A stretch of DNA of 64,000 nt, taken from Fidelibacterota bacterium. GTDB lineage: Bacteria; Fidelibacterota; UBA2242; JAFGTP01. Position numbers and translations under genes: made by a program. Location: contig JAFGTP010000054.1 in assembly GCA_016934035.1 (NCBI GenBank), positions 90,948 to 154,947 of the forward strand, in the 5' to 3' direction. Shown one piece after another: positions 37,550 through 47,443 of this stretch. Numbering within the stretch: position 1 is the first letter of the stretch; every line of letters begins with the position of its first letter. The notes below the pieces were generated by a model. That model was not told the DNA's origin. It searched no databases and worked only from the letters and a program-made list of their open reading frames with translations.

Positions 37550-38527
37550 TTACCAGCCTAATAAATAGGCGAAAATCAGCGGTGCTACGATGGTCGCATC
37601 GGATTCAATGATGAATTTCGGTGTCTCAATTCCCAGTTTTCCCCAGGTGATTTTTTCATTGGGCACTGCACCGGAGTAGGACCCGTAGCTGGTGGTGGAA
37701 TCTGAGATCTGGCAGAAATAGCTCCAGAAGGGTGTATCGGTCATTTCCATGTCCTGATAAAGCATCGGCACAACACAGATGGGGAAATCGCCGGCAATAC
37801 CACCGCCGATCTGGAAAAAGCCGATTCGTTTTTCCTGGGTATTTTCAATATAATAATTGGCCAGTTGCTGCATGTATTCTATACCGGATTTCATGGTGGA
37901 GGCTTTCAGTTCACCTTTCAGGCAATAGGAGGCAAAAATATTTCCCATGGTGGAATCCTCCCAGCCAGGGACGATGATGGGCAGGTTTTTTTGAGCCGCA
38001 GCCAGCATCCAGCTGTTTTTGGGGTCAATTTCATAGTATTGTTCCAGAACGCCGGAAAGCAGCATTTTGTACATATATTCATGCGGAAAATATCTTTCGC
38101 CCTGTTCCTGAGCATTTTTCCAGATTTGGTAGATATGCCCCTGTAAACGGCGAAAGGCCTCTTCTTCTGGAATACAGGTGTCTGTAACCCGGTTGAGTCC
38201 CTGTTCCAGCAGTTCCCATTCCTGGAGAGGTGTCAGGTCACGGTAATGGGGTACTCTTTTGTAGTGGGAATGGGCCACAAGGTTCATAATGTCTTCTTCA
38301 AGATTGGCGCCGGTGCAGGTGATGATCTGAACTTTGTCCTGCCGTATCATTTCAGCCAGTGAAATTCCCAGTTCCGCAGTGCTCATGGCGCCGGCCAGTG
38401 TGATCATCATTTTATTGCCGGACTCCAGTTGTTTTTCATAGGCAGCTGCCGCATCAATTATCGTAGCAGCATTGAAATGTTTGTAGTGCTTCAGCATAAA
38501 TTGGGTTACAGGACCTTTATCATTCAT
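37550..38527 (-). CDS. Deoxyhypusine synthase-like protein (candidate homospermidine synthase)
   Basis: 'TLAGAMSTAELGISLAEMIRQDKVQIITCTGANLEEDI' and 'GGGIAGDFPI' are colinear with the DHS family. It is the last gene of the polyamine operon. Confidence 0.8.
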   Translation of the reverse strand: MNDKGPVTQFMLKHYKHFNAATIIDAAAAYEKQLESGNKMMITLAGAMSTAELGISLAEMIRQDKVQIITCTGANLEEDIMNLVAHSHYKRVPHYRDLTPLQEWELLEQGLNRVTDTCIPEEEAFRRLQGHIYQIWKNAQEQGERYFPHEYMYKMLLSGVLEQYYEIDPKNSWMLAAAQKNLPIIVPGWEDSTMGNIFASYCLKGELKASTMKSGIEYMQQLANYYIENTQEKRIGFFQIGGGIAGDFPICVVPMLYQDMEMTDTPFWSYFCQISDSTTSYGSYSGAVPNEKITWGKLGIETPKFIIESDATIVAPLIFAYLLGW

Positions 38528-38558
38528 ATATACCTCTTTTCTTGATTTTTGGTTATTT

Positions 38559-39416
38559 TCAGAAATTTCTTTCCAAGTGGAATTTGTAACTGAGTAATTT
38601 GTAATAGAGTTTTGCTGCCAGAAAATTCGGGGCCGGATTGTCTTTCATGGGAGCCAGTTCAACCAGATCAAAACCAATGACTTCCCGGCTTTCAAAGACC
38701 ATTTTTAAAAATTTTGTAATCTGATACCAATCCATACCGCCGGGTTCCGGTGTTCCCGTTGCCGGCATAACTGAAGGATCAAAAACATCCAGGTCAATGG
38801 TGATATAAACCTTATCGGTCATCTGTCCCACCGCTTTTTTCATCCAGCCGTCACTGCCATGCAGCCGATGAGCAAAATAACACTGGTTCGGGTTCAGATA
38901 TTCTTTTTCGAGGACATCCATACTGCGAACCCCCACCTGAATCAGGTTGGTATTGTGGGCGGCATCGAAAACTGCGCAGGCATGATTGTATTTACTGTCA
39001 AGATATTCGGGTCGAAGATCAGCATGGGCATCCAGCTGTAAGACAGTAATATCAGGATATTTTTGGTACATGGCTTTGATAATGCCGATACTGATGGAGT
39101 GTTCGCCGCCGAAAAAGGTCAGAAATTTGTCAGTCTGCAACAATTGTTTTGTCCGACCGTGGACCTCTTTAAACAGGGCTTCCGGTGTGACATCGACATC
39201 GATTTCCGGTAAAAGATGGATCCCTTTTTTATAGACTTCGGAATCGGTTTCGATATCATATAATTCCATATTGGCAGCCGCTTCCATGAAAGCGTCAAAC
39301 CCTTTGTCGGCGCCCTTCCCCCAGGTAGAGGTGCCGTCATAAGGGATGGATTGCAAAAGGATTTCAGCGTTTTCATATTCGTTGTAATAAGGATCAATAT
39401 CACCAAAAGTTTTCAT
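38559..39416 (-). CDS. speB: Agmatinase (arginase/ureohydrolase family)
   Basis: The Mn-binding motifs are present: 'GGEHSISIG', 'LQLDAHADLR' and 'ITIDLDVFDPSVMPATGTPEPGG'. Confidence 0.88.
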   Translation of the reverse strand: MKTFGDIDPYYNEYENAEILLQSIPYDGTSTWGKGADKGFDAFMEAAANMELYDIETDSEVYKKGIHLLPEIDVDVTPEALFKEVHGRTKQLLQTDKFLTFFGGEHSISIGIIKAMYQKYPDITVLQLDAHADLRPEYLDSKYNHACAVFDAAHNTNLIQVGVRSMDVLEKEYLNPNQCYFAHRLHGSDGWMKKAVGQMTDKVYITIDLDVFDPSVMPATGTPEPGGMDWYQITKFLKMVFESREVIGFDLVELAPMKDNPAPNFLAAKLYYKLLSYKFHLERNF

Positions 39417-40846
39417 TATTTACCCTTGTTTTTATCAATCTTTTCAATGTAACCTAAAATTTTGAACATTTCACCAGCGGATTGTTCATTGCGATAGACA
39501 TAATCGACAAAATTGCCTTTTTCGTCTCTGTCAATAATAACATGTTTTGGCGATGGAATCAGGCAATGCTTGATTCCGCCATAGCCACTGATTGCATCCT
39601 GATAGGCACCGGTATGGAAAAAACCCACATAAAGCGGTTCTTTATCTTTATCGGTATATTTGGGCAGCAATACTTCCTGGTTCAGGTCTTCCGAGTTGTA
39701 ATAATCAGAATGGTCGCAGCTGATACCGCCGATATTGACACGAATGTATTCATTTTGCCACTTATTGATGGGAAGCAAAATAAATTTTTCATGAATTGAC
39801 CAGGCATCAGGAATGGTGTTCATCAAACTGTTGTTGATGATATACCAGTCTTCCGTATCATTCTGTTGTTTGTGTTCCAATACTTTAAAAATAATAGCAC
39901 CGGATTCTCCGACAGTATACCGTCCAAACTCTGTAAAAATATCGGGGTGGGGTATTTTTTCACGGTTGCAACTGATCATCAGATTATTGACTATTTCATT
40001 GATCATATATTCGTAATTATATTCAAAACCCAAATGGTTTCGAATGGGAAAACCCCCGCCCAGGTTAAAGGATTCCAGCGTTTCACACTCCTTTTTCAGA
40101 TTGACATAAAGATCAACGGCTTTATGAAATTCACCCCAGTAATAAAGGGAGTCTTTGATGCCGGAATCAACAAAAAAATGGAACATTTTCAATTCAAATT
40201 TATCATTTCCCTGAATGTTATTTTTGAAAAAATCAATCATATCCTTGTTTCGAATGCCAAGCCGGGAGGTATAATAGGCTGACTGGGGCTCTTCATCAAT
40301 GGCCATTCGCAGACCAATTTTGATCTTTTCTCCTCTGTACAGTTTATCCAGTCTTTCAATCTCACGCAGACTGTCAAGAACGGTAATGACATTGGAAAAA
40401 CCCATTTCCTGCAAAGCGATAATTTTTTCCAGGTATTCGTCGGTTTTATATCCGTTGTTAATAATGATTCGGCTTTTGGAAATTTTACCTTCGTTATAGA
40501 GATTGATAATCAGGTCGATGTCAAAGGAGGATGAGGTTTCAACATGGACTTTGTGTTTCAGGGCTTCACTGATGACATGATGAAAGTGATTGCATTTGGT
40601 ACAGTAACAGAAATGATATTTGCCTTCATAGCCGGTATTTCTGATGGCCCGGTTGAATAAATTTCTCGCTTTTTTTATCTGGTCACCTATTTTGGGAAGG
40701 TAGATAAATCGGAAGGGTGTTCCGTATTTTTCGATTAAGTACATGAGCGATATACCGTGGAAAGTCAGTGTACCGCCCCTCAAGTCAAAGCCTTCCTGGG
40801 GGAAATAATAACTTTGATCGATAAGGTCAAAATAGGTGTTTTTCAT
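39416..40846 (-). CDS. speA: PLP-dependent arginine/ornithine-type decarboxylase (fold type III, short SpeA-like)
   Basis: 'FCYCTKCN' is the PLP-Lys region. 'NLGGGFP', 'GGISCDHSDYY' and 'FFHTGAYQ' are also present. Its stop shares 1 nt with the agmatinase start. Confidence 0.75.
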   Translation of the reverse strand: MKNTYFDLIDQSYYFPQEGFDLRGGTLTFHGISLMYLIEKYGTPFRFIYLPKIGDQIKKARNLFNRAIRNTGYEGKYHFCYCTKCNHFHHVISEALKHKVHVETSSSFDIDLIINLYNEGKISKSRIIINNGYKTDEYLEKIIALQEMGFSNVITVLDSLREIERLDKLYRGEKIKIGLRMAIDEEPQSAYYTSRLGIRNKDMIDFFKNNIQGNDKFELKMFHFFVDSGIKDSLYYWGEFHKAVDLYVNLKKECETLESFNLGGGFPIRNHLGFEYNYEYMINEIVNNLMISCNREKIPHPDIFTEFGRYTVGESGAIIFKVLEHKQQNDTEDWYIINNSLMNTIPDAWSIHEKFILLPINKWQNEYIRVNIGGISCDHSDYYNSEDLNQEVLLPKYTDKDKEPLYVGFFHTGAYQDAISGYGGIKHCLIPSPKHVIIDRDEKGNFVDYVYRNEQSAGEMFKILGYIEKIDKNKGK

Positions 40847-41106
40847 AGGCCTTTACCTTTTCTAGTTTTATATTTTTTGTGACAGGGAAAAATTTGTTCA
40901 TATGTGGGATATGGGCGGAGATGAAAAAAATCCCTTTAAACAAACCCGTTTTTCCAATTCATAATCTTATGTTTTAGCATAATATACTTCATGTTCCCTG
41001 ATATTTTTTCAATCTAATAAATTTCGAAAAATTTATGCAATATATGCAATAAAAAATATGATTTTGATTTTCGGATCTTTTATCCTTTAATAACCTGCCT
41101 GGCTTG

Positions 41107-42390
41107 TTATCGGCCGGATAGTTTTTCAAGTTCCCGGGATGACAATTGGTGTTCTATCGCTTTCAGAAAAATATGTTTGTTCTGGATCGGTTTTTTAATC
41201 TTCCACCTTTCGCCATTTTGCTTTAATTCAAAGAATACAGTGTCAACTTTTTGTTCCGGTTTCAGGTAAAAACCGTTGACATCCTGCAAGATGTCAGCCA
41301 ATTTCCGGTATTCAACTTTTGCCACAGCTATTCGCGACTCAATTTGAAAATCAAGGATTCTGAAGGATTCTATCAAGGTTGAAGTATCCCAGGCCGGAAT
41401 TGCTTCGGCATCAGAAAAATTCCCGTTGATCCAGTCGCTTTCACCCAGGAATTCTCCCCGTGCATCTTTCTCTAAATAATCTCTGATCAACATTTCGGGA
41501 GAGTAGTAATTGGTTTTTGCCCGGCCTTTCAGGTCCTGTATTTCCCAGGGCAGAATCACCGCATCCTTTTGGTTAAGGTTTTCTTTGACCCGGGTCACAA
41601 TGATACCACAATATCGCTTTTGAGCGTATTGACTGGCCGCCCACTCATCAAAATCGGTCTCAAAGGTAGTCATTTTACTGGTTGATGCCTCCCGAATAAA
41701 AAGTTTGCCCCTGACCCGTACAGCCAGTATCATATGGCCGGAAAAAATATCAGTTTTATCTTTCAGAATCATGGCCATGATATCACCCTGGCTAATATTC
41801 TTTTTAATTTTTGGAATATCATCCCATCGAATATAATCAATGGTAATATCTTCATCAGGTTTTATATAGCGGTAATCGGCTAGTTTTTTAGATTCGAAAA
41901 ATTTTGAATAGGAAATTCGACGTGTGGCTTTTTCCGTATAGTTTTCCCCAACCTGTTGGGTTACATCATCGAGAACCCACCTGTTTTCTGGCACCCAGTC
42001 CGCCATGGTATAATGATTTCTGGTTTTGATGCCGATGATGCCGTCACGGTAGCGAATTTGTTGTAAATTATTGAAAAAATTGTCCCAACTGTCAGATATC
42101 GCCAGGGCCAGAGAATGTTCACACAGCACCATGCAATTGGATTGGGTAAAACTGAACAAAGGCTGCGGCTCATAAAGTGCATGTTCCCCGTCACCCGTCG
42201 GTGTCCAACTGTATTCCGTACCCAAAAACATGTGGGAATAAAGATCAATGCGCTCTGAAATAGTCAGTCCCTTTTTTGCGTTGGCCCTCAGGAGCGAGTC
42301 AATTTCAGCCGGTTTCATATCCATTAGTCGAAGATCGCCGGCAAAGCAATGGATGAGCAGAAATGTGATTGCAAAGATTATTTTTTTCAT
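41107..42390 (-). CDS. Secreted DUF1460-like (amidase/cysteine-peptidase-like) protein with an extra C-terminal domain
   Basis: It has a signal peptide. 'FLGTEYSW...FSFTQSNCMVLCEHSLALA' and 'FSGHMILAV' resemble the Cys/His blocks of DUF1460. Confidence 0.45.
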   Translation of the reverse strand: MKKIIFAITFLLIHCFAGDLRLMDMKPAEIDSLLRANAKKGLTISERIDLYSHMFLGTEYSWTPTGDGEHALYEPQPLFSFTQSNCMVLCEHSLALAISDSWDNFFNNLQQIRYRDGIIGIKTRNHYTMADWVPENRWVLDDVTQQVGENYTEKATRRISYSKFFESKKLADYRYIKPDEDITIDYIRWDDIPKIKKNISQGDIMAMILKDKTDIFSGHMILAVRVRGKLFIREASTSKMTTFETDFDEWAASQYAQKRYCGIIVTRVKENLNQKDAVILPWEIQDLKGRAKTNYYSPEMLIRDYLEKDARGEFLGESDWINGNFSDAEAIPAWDTSTLIESFRILDFQIESRIAVAKVEYRKLADILQDVNGFYLKPEQKVDTVFFELKQNGERWKIKKPIQNKHIFLKAIEHQLSSRELEKLSGR

Positions 42391-42550
42391 CAGAAAGCAG
42401 CCTTTCTTTTAGCGTTGATACCCAAGGCATAGAAGCCTTATTCAAACCGACTTTCTCAATAGTATCCGGGGCCCATATCTTAGGGTTTTAATTTGTTTCA
42501 ACAATCCGTAAATTATAATGAATTTTTATCGATAAAAAAAGGACTGAACC

Positions 42551-43228
42551 ATGAGTGTCTATGAAAATGTCCGTCACCTGTTGCAGGAAATCCCTGAAAA
42601 TGTCCAAGTGATCGCAGCCGCAAAGACCCGTAGCCTTGATGAGGTGCGTCAATCTATTGAAGCCGGTATTCGCCACATCGGCGAAAACTATGTGCAGGAA
42701 CTGGAACTGATCGGGAAAAACCTGGAGCCGGCCTATCGCAGCCAGATCACACTCCATATGATTGGGCATTTGCAATCCAATAAAATCAACAAAGCCTTAC
42801 AATATTGCGATGCCATTCAAACCATTGATTCCATTTCGACAGCAGATAAGATTAATCAGAAAGTTCAAAATTTCCGTAGTTCTCCTCTGCCTGTCTTGAT
42901 AGAAATCAATATTGCCAACGAAGAGGCAAAAAATGGGGCAAACCCGAGTATTCAGGAGATTGTAACCATTGCCGAAGCCCTGTCCCAAATGGAAAATCTT
43001 CGCCTTGAAGGCCTGATGACCCTTGGCCCCTGGGACCACACAGCCGAAGAATTGCGGCCCTACTTCAAAAAAATGAAATCCTTTTTTGAGCAACTTAAAA
43101 CCCTCAACCTGCCAAATACCAAAATCCAGACCCTTTCTATGGGTATGTCCGATTCCTATCACGTGGCTATTGAAGAGGGTGCAAGTATGGTAAGATTGGG
43201 GACTGTATTATTTGGAAAAAGGACCTGA
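42551..43228 (+). CDS. yggS: YggS-family PLP homeostasis protein
   Basis: 'IAAAKTRS', 'GENYVQE', 'HMIGHLQSNK' and 'LSMGMSDSYHVAIEEGASMVRLGTVLFG' are present. Confidence 0.9.
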   Translation: MSVYENVRHLLQEIPENVQVIAAAKTRSLDEVRQSIEAGIRHIGENYVQELELIGKNLEPAYRSQITLHMIGHLQSNKINKALQYCDAIQTIDSISTADKINQKVQNFRSSPLPVLIEINIANEEAKNGANPSIQEIVTIAEALSQMENLRLEGLMTLGPWDHTAEELRPYFKKMKSFFEQLKTLNLPNTKIQTLSMGMSDSYHVAIEEGASMVRLGTVLFGKRT

Positions 43229-43325
43229 TTCGATTCAAATCGCTGTTGTTCCTTTTATTCCAGTAACTGACCCGGTGGCGTTTTCTGCCTTGCTTTTCGT
43301 ATGACCCGACTATAAATTTGTCATC

Positions 43326-44039
43326 ATGAAAAAACCTGCACTTCAAATCATACTCTTTTTTCTGCCATGGCTGCTATTGGCCCATTGTTCCCATTATTAT
43401 TACACTCCCAATTCCCAGACAATTCCTTTGTTCCGGGAAAAAGGTGAAGCCCGTATTTCCGGTGGTATCTACGGCGCCCGGGAATCTGAAGGATTCGTCT
43501 TAAACACGGCTCTGGCACCGATGGACCATATTGCCTTTTTGGGTAATTTCATGACCGGTGATGCAACCGGTAATGAAAACTGGGGAAAGGGAAATTTTGG
43601 TGAAATCGGGATTGGCTATTATCATGCGGACCGGTCTTTTGCTGTTTTTGAGTGCTATAGTGGCTTTGGTTTTGGAACAATAACCAACCACTATGCACCC
43701 CGGATGGAATCCGAAGTGGACTATTGGCGGTATTTTATTCAACCCTCCTTTGGTTTGCGAACCAGTCTCTGTGAACTGGCCTTTTCCAGCCGACTATGCC
43801 TTGTTGCCTACGATAATGTAAATATTGATTCAGAGTTAGGGCAGAGTTTCGAATACGGCCCCGTCGAATATATCATTGAAAATAAAATTTTTTTCCTGGC
43901 TGAACCGGCAGTGACCTTTCGCCTTGGATCTGAAAAATTTAAAATTCAGGCACAAATGGTCCGATCAATACCCCTGAACAATGATGACCTGAAAATGGAA
44001 GAGATCAATTTCAATCTGGGTTTTATTCTCACCTTTTAA
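43326..44039 (+). CDS. Hypothetical outer-membrane beta-barrel-like lipoprotein
   Basis: It has a signal/lipobox (LLLAHC), alternating aromatic/Gly-rich beta-strand patterning, and a C-terminal ...GFILTF ending in Phe. Confidence 0.4.
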   Translation: MKKPALQIILFFLPWLLLAHCSHYYYTPNSQTIPLFREKGEARISGGIYGARESEGFVLNTALAPMDHIAFLGNFMTGDATGNENWGKGNFGEIGIGYYHADRSFAVFECYSGFGFGTITNHYAPRMESEVDYWRYFIQPSFGLRTSLCELAFSSRLCLVAYDNVNIDSELGQSFEYGPVEYIIENKIFFLAEPAVTFRLGSEKFKIQAQMVRSIPLNNDDLKMEEINFNLGFILTF

Positions 44040-44093
44040 ATTTAATTCGAATTATCGCTTTTCTGTAAGTTCCATCTTCAATAAATTCATTCC

Positions 44094-46520
44094 ATGCAAA
44101 AAAAAGAGTTCTTTCTGGAAGTCATATTTCCGGCAAAATTAAGGCAAACATTTACTTACAAGCCAATTACTGATAATACCCTTCACTACTTCAAGGGACA
44201 GCGTGTTCTGGTGCCTCTTCAAAAAAGACTGGTGATTGGATTTGTTCATCAGATTCACTTTAACAGACCAGACTACAAACTTCGCAGCATAACCCAGATT
44301 ATCGATACAAAACCGATTTTTCCCGGCGAATTGTATCTGTTTCTGGAAAAACTTTCAGATTATTATCTTGCGCCGCTCGGAATGGTTCTCGACTCTGCCC
44401 TACCTTTTGAAATTAAAATGCAGAAATTTCGGACCTTTTACCCCATAGGCAATTCAAAACTAAATGCGCCTTACCAGGATGTTTTTGACATCATTGTGCA
44501 ACGCCCCGGAATCTCCTTTTCTGCATTAAAATTGAAATTTGAAAAAGCCAGCCTCAATAAGGCCCTGAATGCCTTGAAATTGTCTCATTACATCGAAGAA
44601 AAGCCCGATTTTTCGGCGGCTAAAGTCAAAAAAAAAGTGCAAAAAACGATTTATTTAGCCACCGGGTTTGACAGCGACCCAATTAACAGCAGGGGGGTTA
44701 AACAACAGGAGATCATCAATTATCTCAAAGAAAACAATCAGATTCACCACGACCGGATATCCTTCTTTTCTGCCAGCGCCATTAAAGCCCTTCGTGATAA
44801 AGGAATGATTACCATCGAAGAAAATGATGTTACCATGGACCATTTAATGGACCAATTCCTGATCAAACAAAAAACCATTCAACTCAACGAAGAGCAGGAA
44901 AAAGTCTATGAGAAAATAGACCAGGCTATCAAGGTTGGCCGTTATAAAGGTTTTTTACTTCATGGGGTCACCGGCAGCGGCAAAACCGAGGTCTATATTA
45001 AACTCATTGAATCAGCTTTGAAAATGGACAAATGCGCCATTATCCTGGTGCCGGAAATCGCATTGACGACCCATCTGGCCAATCGGTTTTTCGGTGCCTT
45101 CGGAAACAAAATTGCTGTCTGGCACTCCAATCTTTCGTCCATTGAGCGGAGCAATATCTGGCACAAAATAGCTTCCGGTGAAATTCGCATTGTCATCGGC
45201 GCCCGCAGTGCTTTGTTCATGCCCATGCACAACCTCGGATTGATTATCGTCGATGAAGAACATGAACAATCTTACAAACAGCAAAACCCGGCACCTCGCT
45301 ATCATGCCCGGGATGCTGCACTTCTACGCGGTTCCCTGAGCCATTCCGTTGTGCTGCTGGGTTCTGCAACCCCAAGTCTGGAAACCCACTACAATGCACT
45401 GATGGGAAAACTTGAAAAACTGGTAATTCCAAACCGATTCACCTCCGTCAGACCCAACAGACTCCACCTGGTGGATATAAAAAAAGAATTTGAACACACG
45501 ACCAGTCCTTATTTACCATTTTCAAAATTTCTGCTGGAAAAAATCCAGGAAAAATTACAAAAAGGGCAACAGATTCTTTTATTTCATAATCGCCGGGGTT
45601 ATTCCAATTTTCTGCTTTGCAATCAGTGCGGCTGGTCCCCCAAATGCAGCCACTGTGACATTACGCTGACCTACCATAAAAATATTAACCAGATGGTTTG
45701 CCATTACTGTGATCATTGGGAAAAAATCCCTCATCAATGCCCGGAGTGCGGCAACCGAAAATTTCTTTATCCCGGTTTTGGTACGCAAAAAGTCGAAACC
45801 ATATTGGAAAAGCGCTTTCCAAAAATTAAAATCGCCAGGCTTGATATGGACAGCACGGCCAGGCGGGGTCATATGCAAAAGGTCCTGCAGGATTTTGAAA
45901 AAGGTGAAATTCAGGTCATTGTGGGCACCCAGATGATCGCCAAAGGGCTGGATTTTCCCAATGTTTCCCTTGTCGGTGTTCTCAATGCCGACATCGGCCT
46001 TTTTCTGCCGGATTTTCGCTCGCGGGAAAAAGTCTTTCAATTACTGCATCAAGTATCGGGACGGGCCGGGAGAGGAAATATTGCCGGCGAAGTGATTATC
46101 CAGACATACAATCCCGAGGATTTCACGGTTAATTGCGCCCTTCAGCAGGATATTGTCAAATTTATCAACAATGAATATTCTGAGCGCAACCAGATGAATT
46201 ACCCCCCTTTTGCCCGCCTGGCAACTATCAATTTTGCCGGTAAAAATGAAGCCAGAGTCCGACAAATATCACAAGATACGGCTGCATTTTTGCAAACACA
46301 TAATCAGCAAAAAATGGAAATCCTTGGCCCTGTCTCCAATCCAATCAGCAAAATCAAAAATCTGTTCCGCTATTTTATTCTCTTGAAATCAAGAAAAGAA
46401 ATTGATCCCTCCGGTGCCAACCTTCGTCGGCTCATCACTCTTTTACTTCAGAATGAGTTTTATTCCAAAACCAGCAGCGTCAATATTTCAGTGGATATTG
46501 ATCCCCAGGGCCTGCTATGA
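44094..46520 (+). CDS. priA: Primosomal replication restart helicase PriA
   Basis: 'LLHGVTGSGKTEVY', 'IIVDEEHE' and the Cys4-Cys4 zinc region 'CNQCGWSPKCSHCD...CHYCDH...CPECGN' are present. Confidence 0.92.
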   Translation: MQKKEFFLEVIFPAKLRQTFTYKPITDNTLHYFKGQRVLVPLQKRLVIGFVHQIHFNRPDYKLRSITQIIDTKPIFPGELYLFLEKLSDYYLAPLGMVLDSALPFEIKMQKFRTFYPIGNSKLNAPYQDVFDIIVQRPGISFSALKLKFEKASLNKALNALKLSHYIEEKPDFSAAKVKKKVQKTIYLATGFDSDPINSRGVKQQEIINYLKENNQIHHDRISFFSASAIKALRDKGMITIEENDVTMDHLMDQFLIKQKTIQLNEEQEKVYEKIDQAIKVGRYKGFLLHGVTGSGKTEVYIKLIESALKMDKCAIILVPEIALTTHLANRFFGAFGNKIAVWHSNLSSIERSNIWHKIASGEIRIVIGARSALFMPMHNLGLIIVDEEHEQSYKQQNPAPRYHARDAALLRGSLSHSVVLLGSATPSLETHYNALMGKLEKLVIPNRFTSVRPNRLHLVDIKKEFEHTTSPYLPFSKFLLEKIQEKLQKGQQILLFHNRRGYSNFLLCNQCGWSPKCSHCDITLTYHKNINQMVCHYCDHWEKIPHQCPECGNRKFLYPGFGTQKVETILEKRFPKIKIARLDMDSTARRGHMQKVLQDFEKGEIQVIVGTQMIAKGLDFPNVSLVGVLNADIGLFLPDFRSREKVFQLLHQVSGRAGRGNIAGEVIIQTYNPEDFTVNCALQQDIVKFINNEYSERNQMNYPPFARLATINFAGKNEARVRQISQDTAAFLQTHNQQKMEILGPVSNPISKIKNLFRYFILLKSRKEIDPSGANLRRLITLLLQNEFYSKTSSVNISVDIDPQGLL

Positions 46521-47443
46521 AATTTCTAGTAATCTTCCTTCTGCTCTTCACCTTTTCCTCTGCCCATACTATTGAAATTTCATCGAGCAACGCTTCGTCA
46601 GATTATGAAAAACTAACTTATAAAATTGTAGAAGACAAGGCAAAGGAACTGAGTCGGTTTCTTGAATTATCGGATTTGACCCTGAAGGTTTCACTTTTTG
46701 ATGACCCGGATAAATTCTATCAGTTGACGGGCCTTCCTGAGCACATTCCGGGCGCCTTGCTCTCAACCCAAAATATTATCTATCTCAAAACGCCTGATGT
46801 AACCATGATGGACCGAATGCAGTTTCAAAATCTGATTGTTCATGAAATGCTGCATGCAATTCAAAATCAAATAATCAGCCTGGTCCTTTTTCCTGATTGG
46901 TTCAATGAAGGCTTCGCTGAATTTTTTTCCGGCAGTTTCGGAGTCAATTCAAAAATCAGGTTATCGAAACTGTTATTGACAAAATACCAGCCGGATCTGT
47001 CCCAGTTGACTCACATTGATCACTGTTTCAGCCAGCCGGCTTCGGACAAGTACATTCTTTCAGCTTCAGCTATAGAGTTTCTTCAAATCAATTTCGGTGA
47101 AAGCATCTTCAATACCTTGTTTCAGGATATGCACCAAACAAAAAATTTTCAAAAATCCCTGGAAAATGTAACCCACCTGACTTTTGACCAGTTTAATTTC
47201 TACTGGCAACAATATCTAAACAAAAGATATGATAAACTTTTTCTAATGGATTTGAATTATATTATCTGGTTATTTCTGCCTTTTCTTTTTATATTTTCTT
47301 TCATTGTGAAACAAATCCTGAATCAATCGATTTTAAACAAATGGAAATATGAAAGAATTGAAGAAGAAATTAACCAAATATTTACTAATTTTAGTGTTGA
47401 TGACCCAAGGAGCGAGGGGACAGGGTCTGTTCCAAGGTCATAA
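46517..47443 (+). CDS. MA-clan zinc peptidase-like protein (Peptidase_MA_2-like) with a C-terminal TM helix
   Basis: Its start overlaps the priA stop (ATGA). It has a signal peptide. 'HEMLH' sits at nt 46841-46855, followed by 'WFNEGFAEFF'. The TM segment is 'IIWLFLPFLFIFSFIV'. Confidence 0.55.
   Translation: MKFLVIFLLLFTFSSAHTIEISSSNASSDYEKLTYKIVEDKAKELSRFLELSDLTLKVSLFDDPDKFYQLTGLPEHIPGALLSTQNIIYLKTPDVTMMDRMQFQNLIVHEMLHAIQNQIISLVLFPDWFNEGFAEFFSGSFGVNSKIRLSKLLLTKYQPDLSQLTHIDHCFSQPASDKYILSASAIEFLQINFGESIFNTLFQDMHQTKNFQKSLENVTHLTFDQFNFYWQQYLNKRYDKLFLMDLNYIIWLFLPFLFIFSFIVKQILNQSILNKWKYERIEEEINQIFTNFSVDDPRSEGTGSVPRS

Noticed and set aside
42488-42775. 95-aa minus-strand ORF overlapping the yggS start
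   Set aside because: It is antisense to the conserved N-terminal third of yggS. It has no RBS and no recognisable motif.
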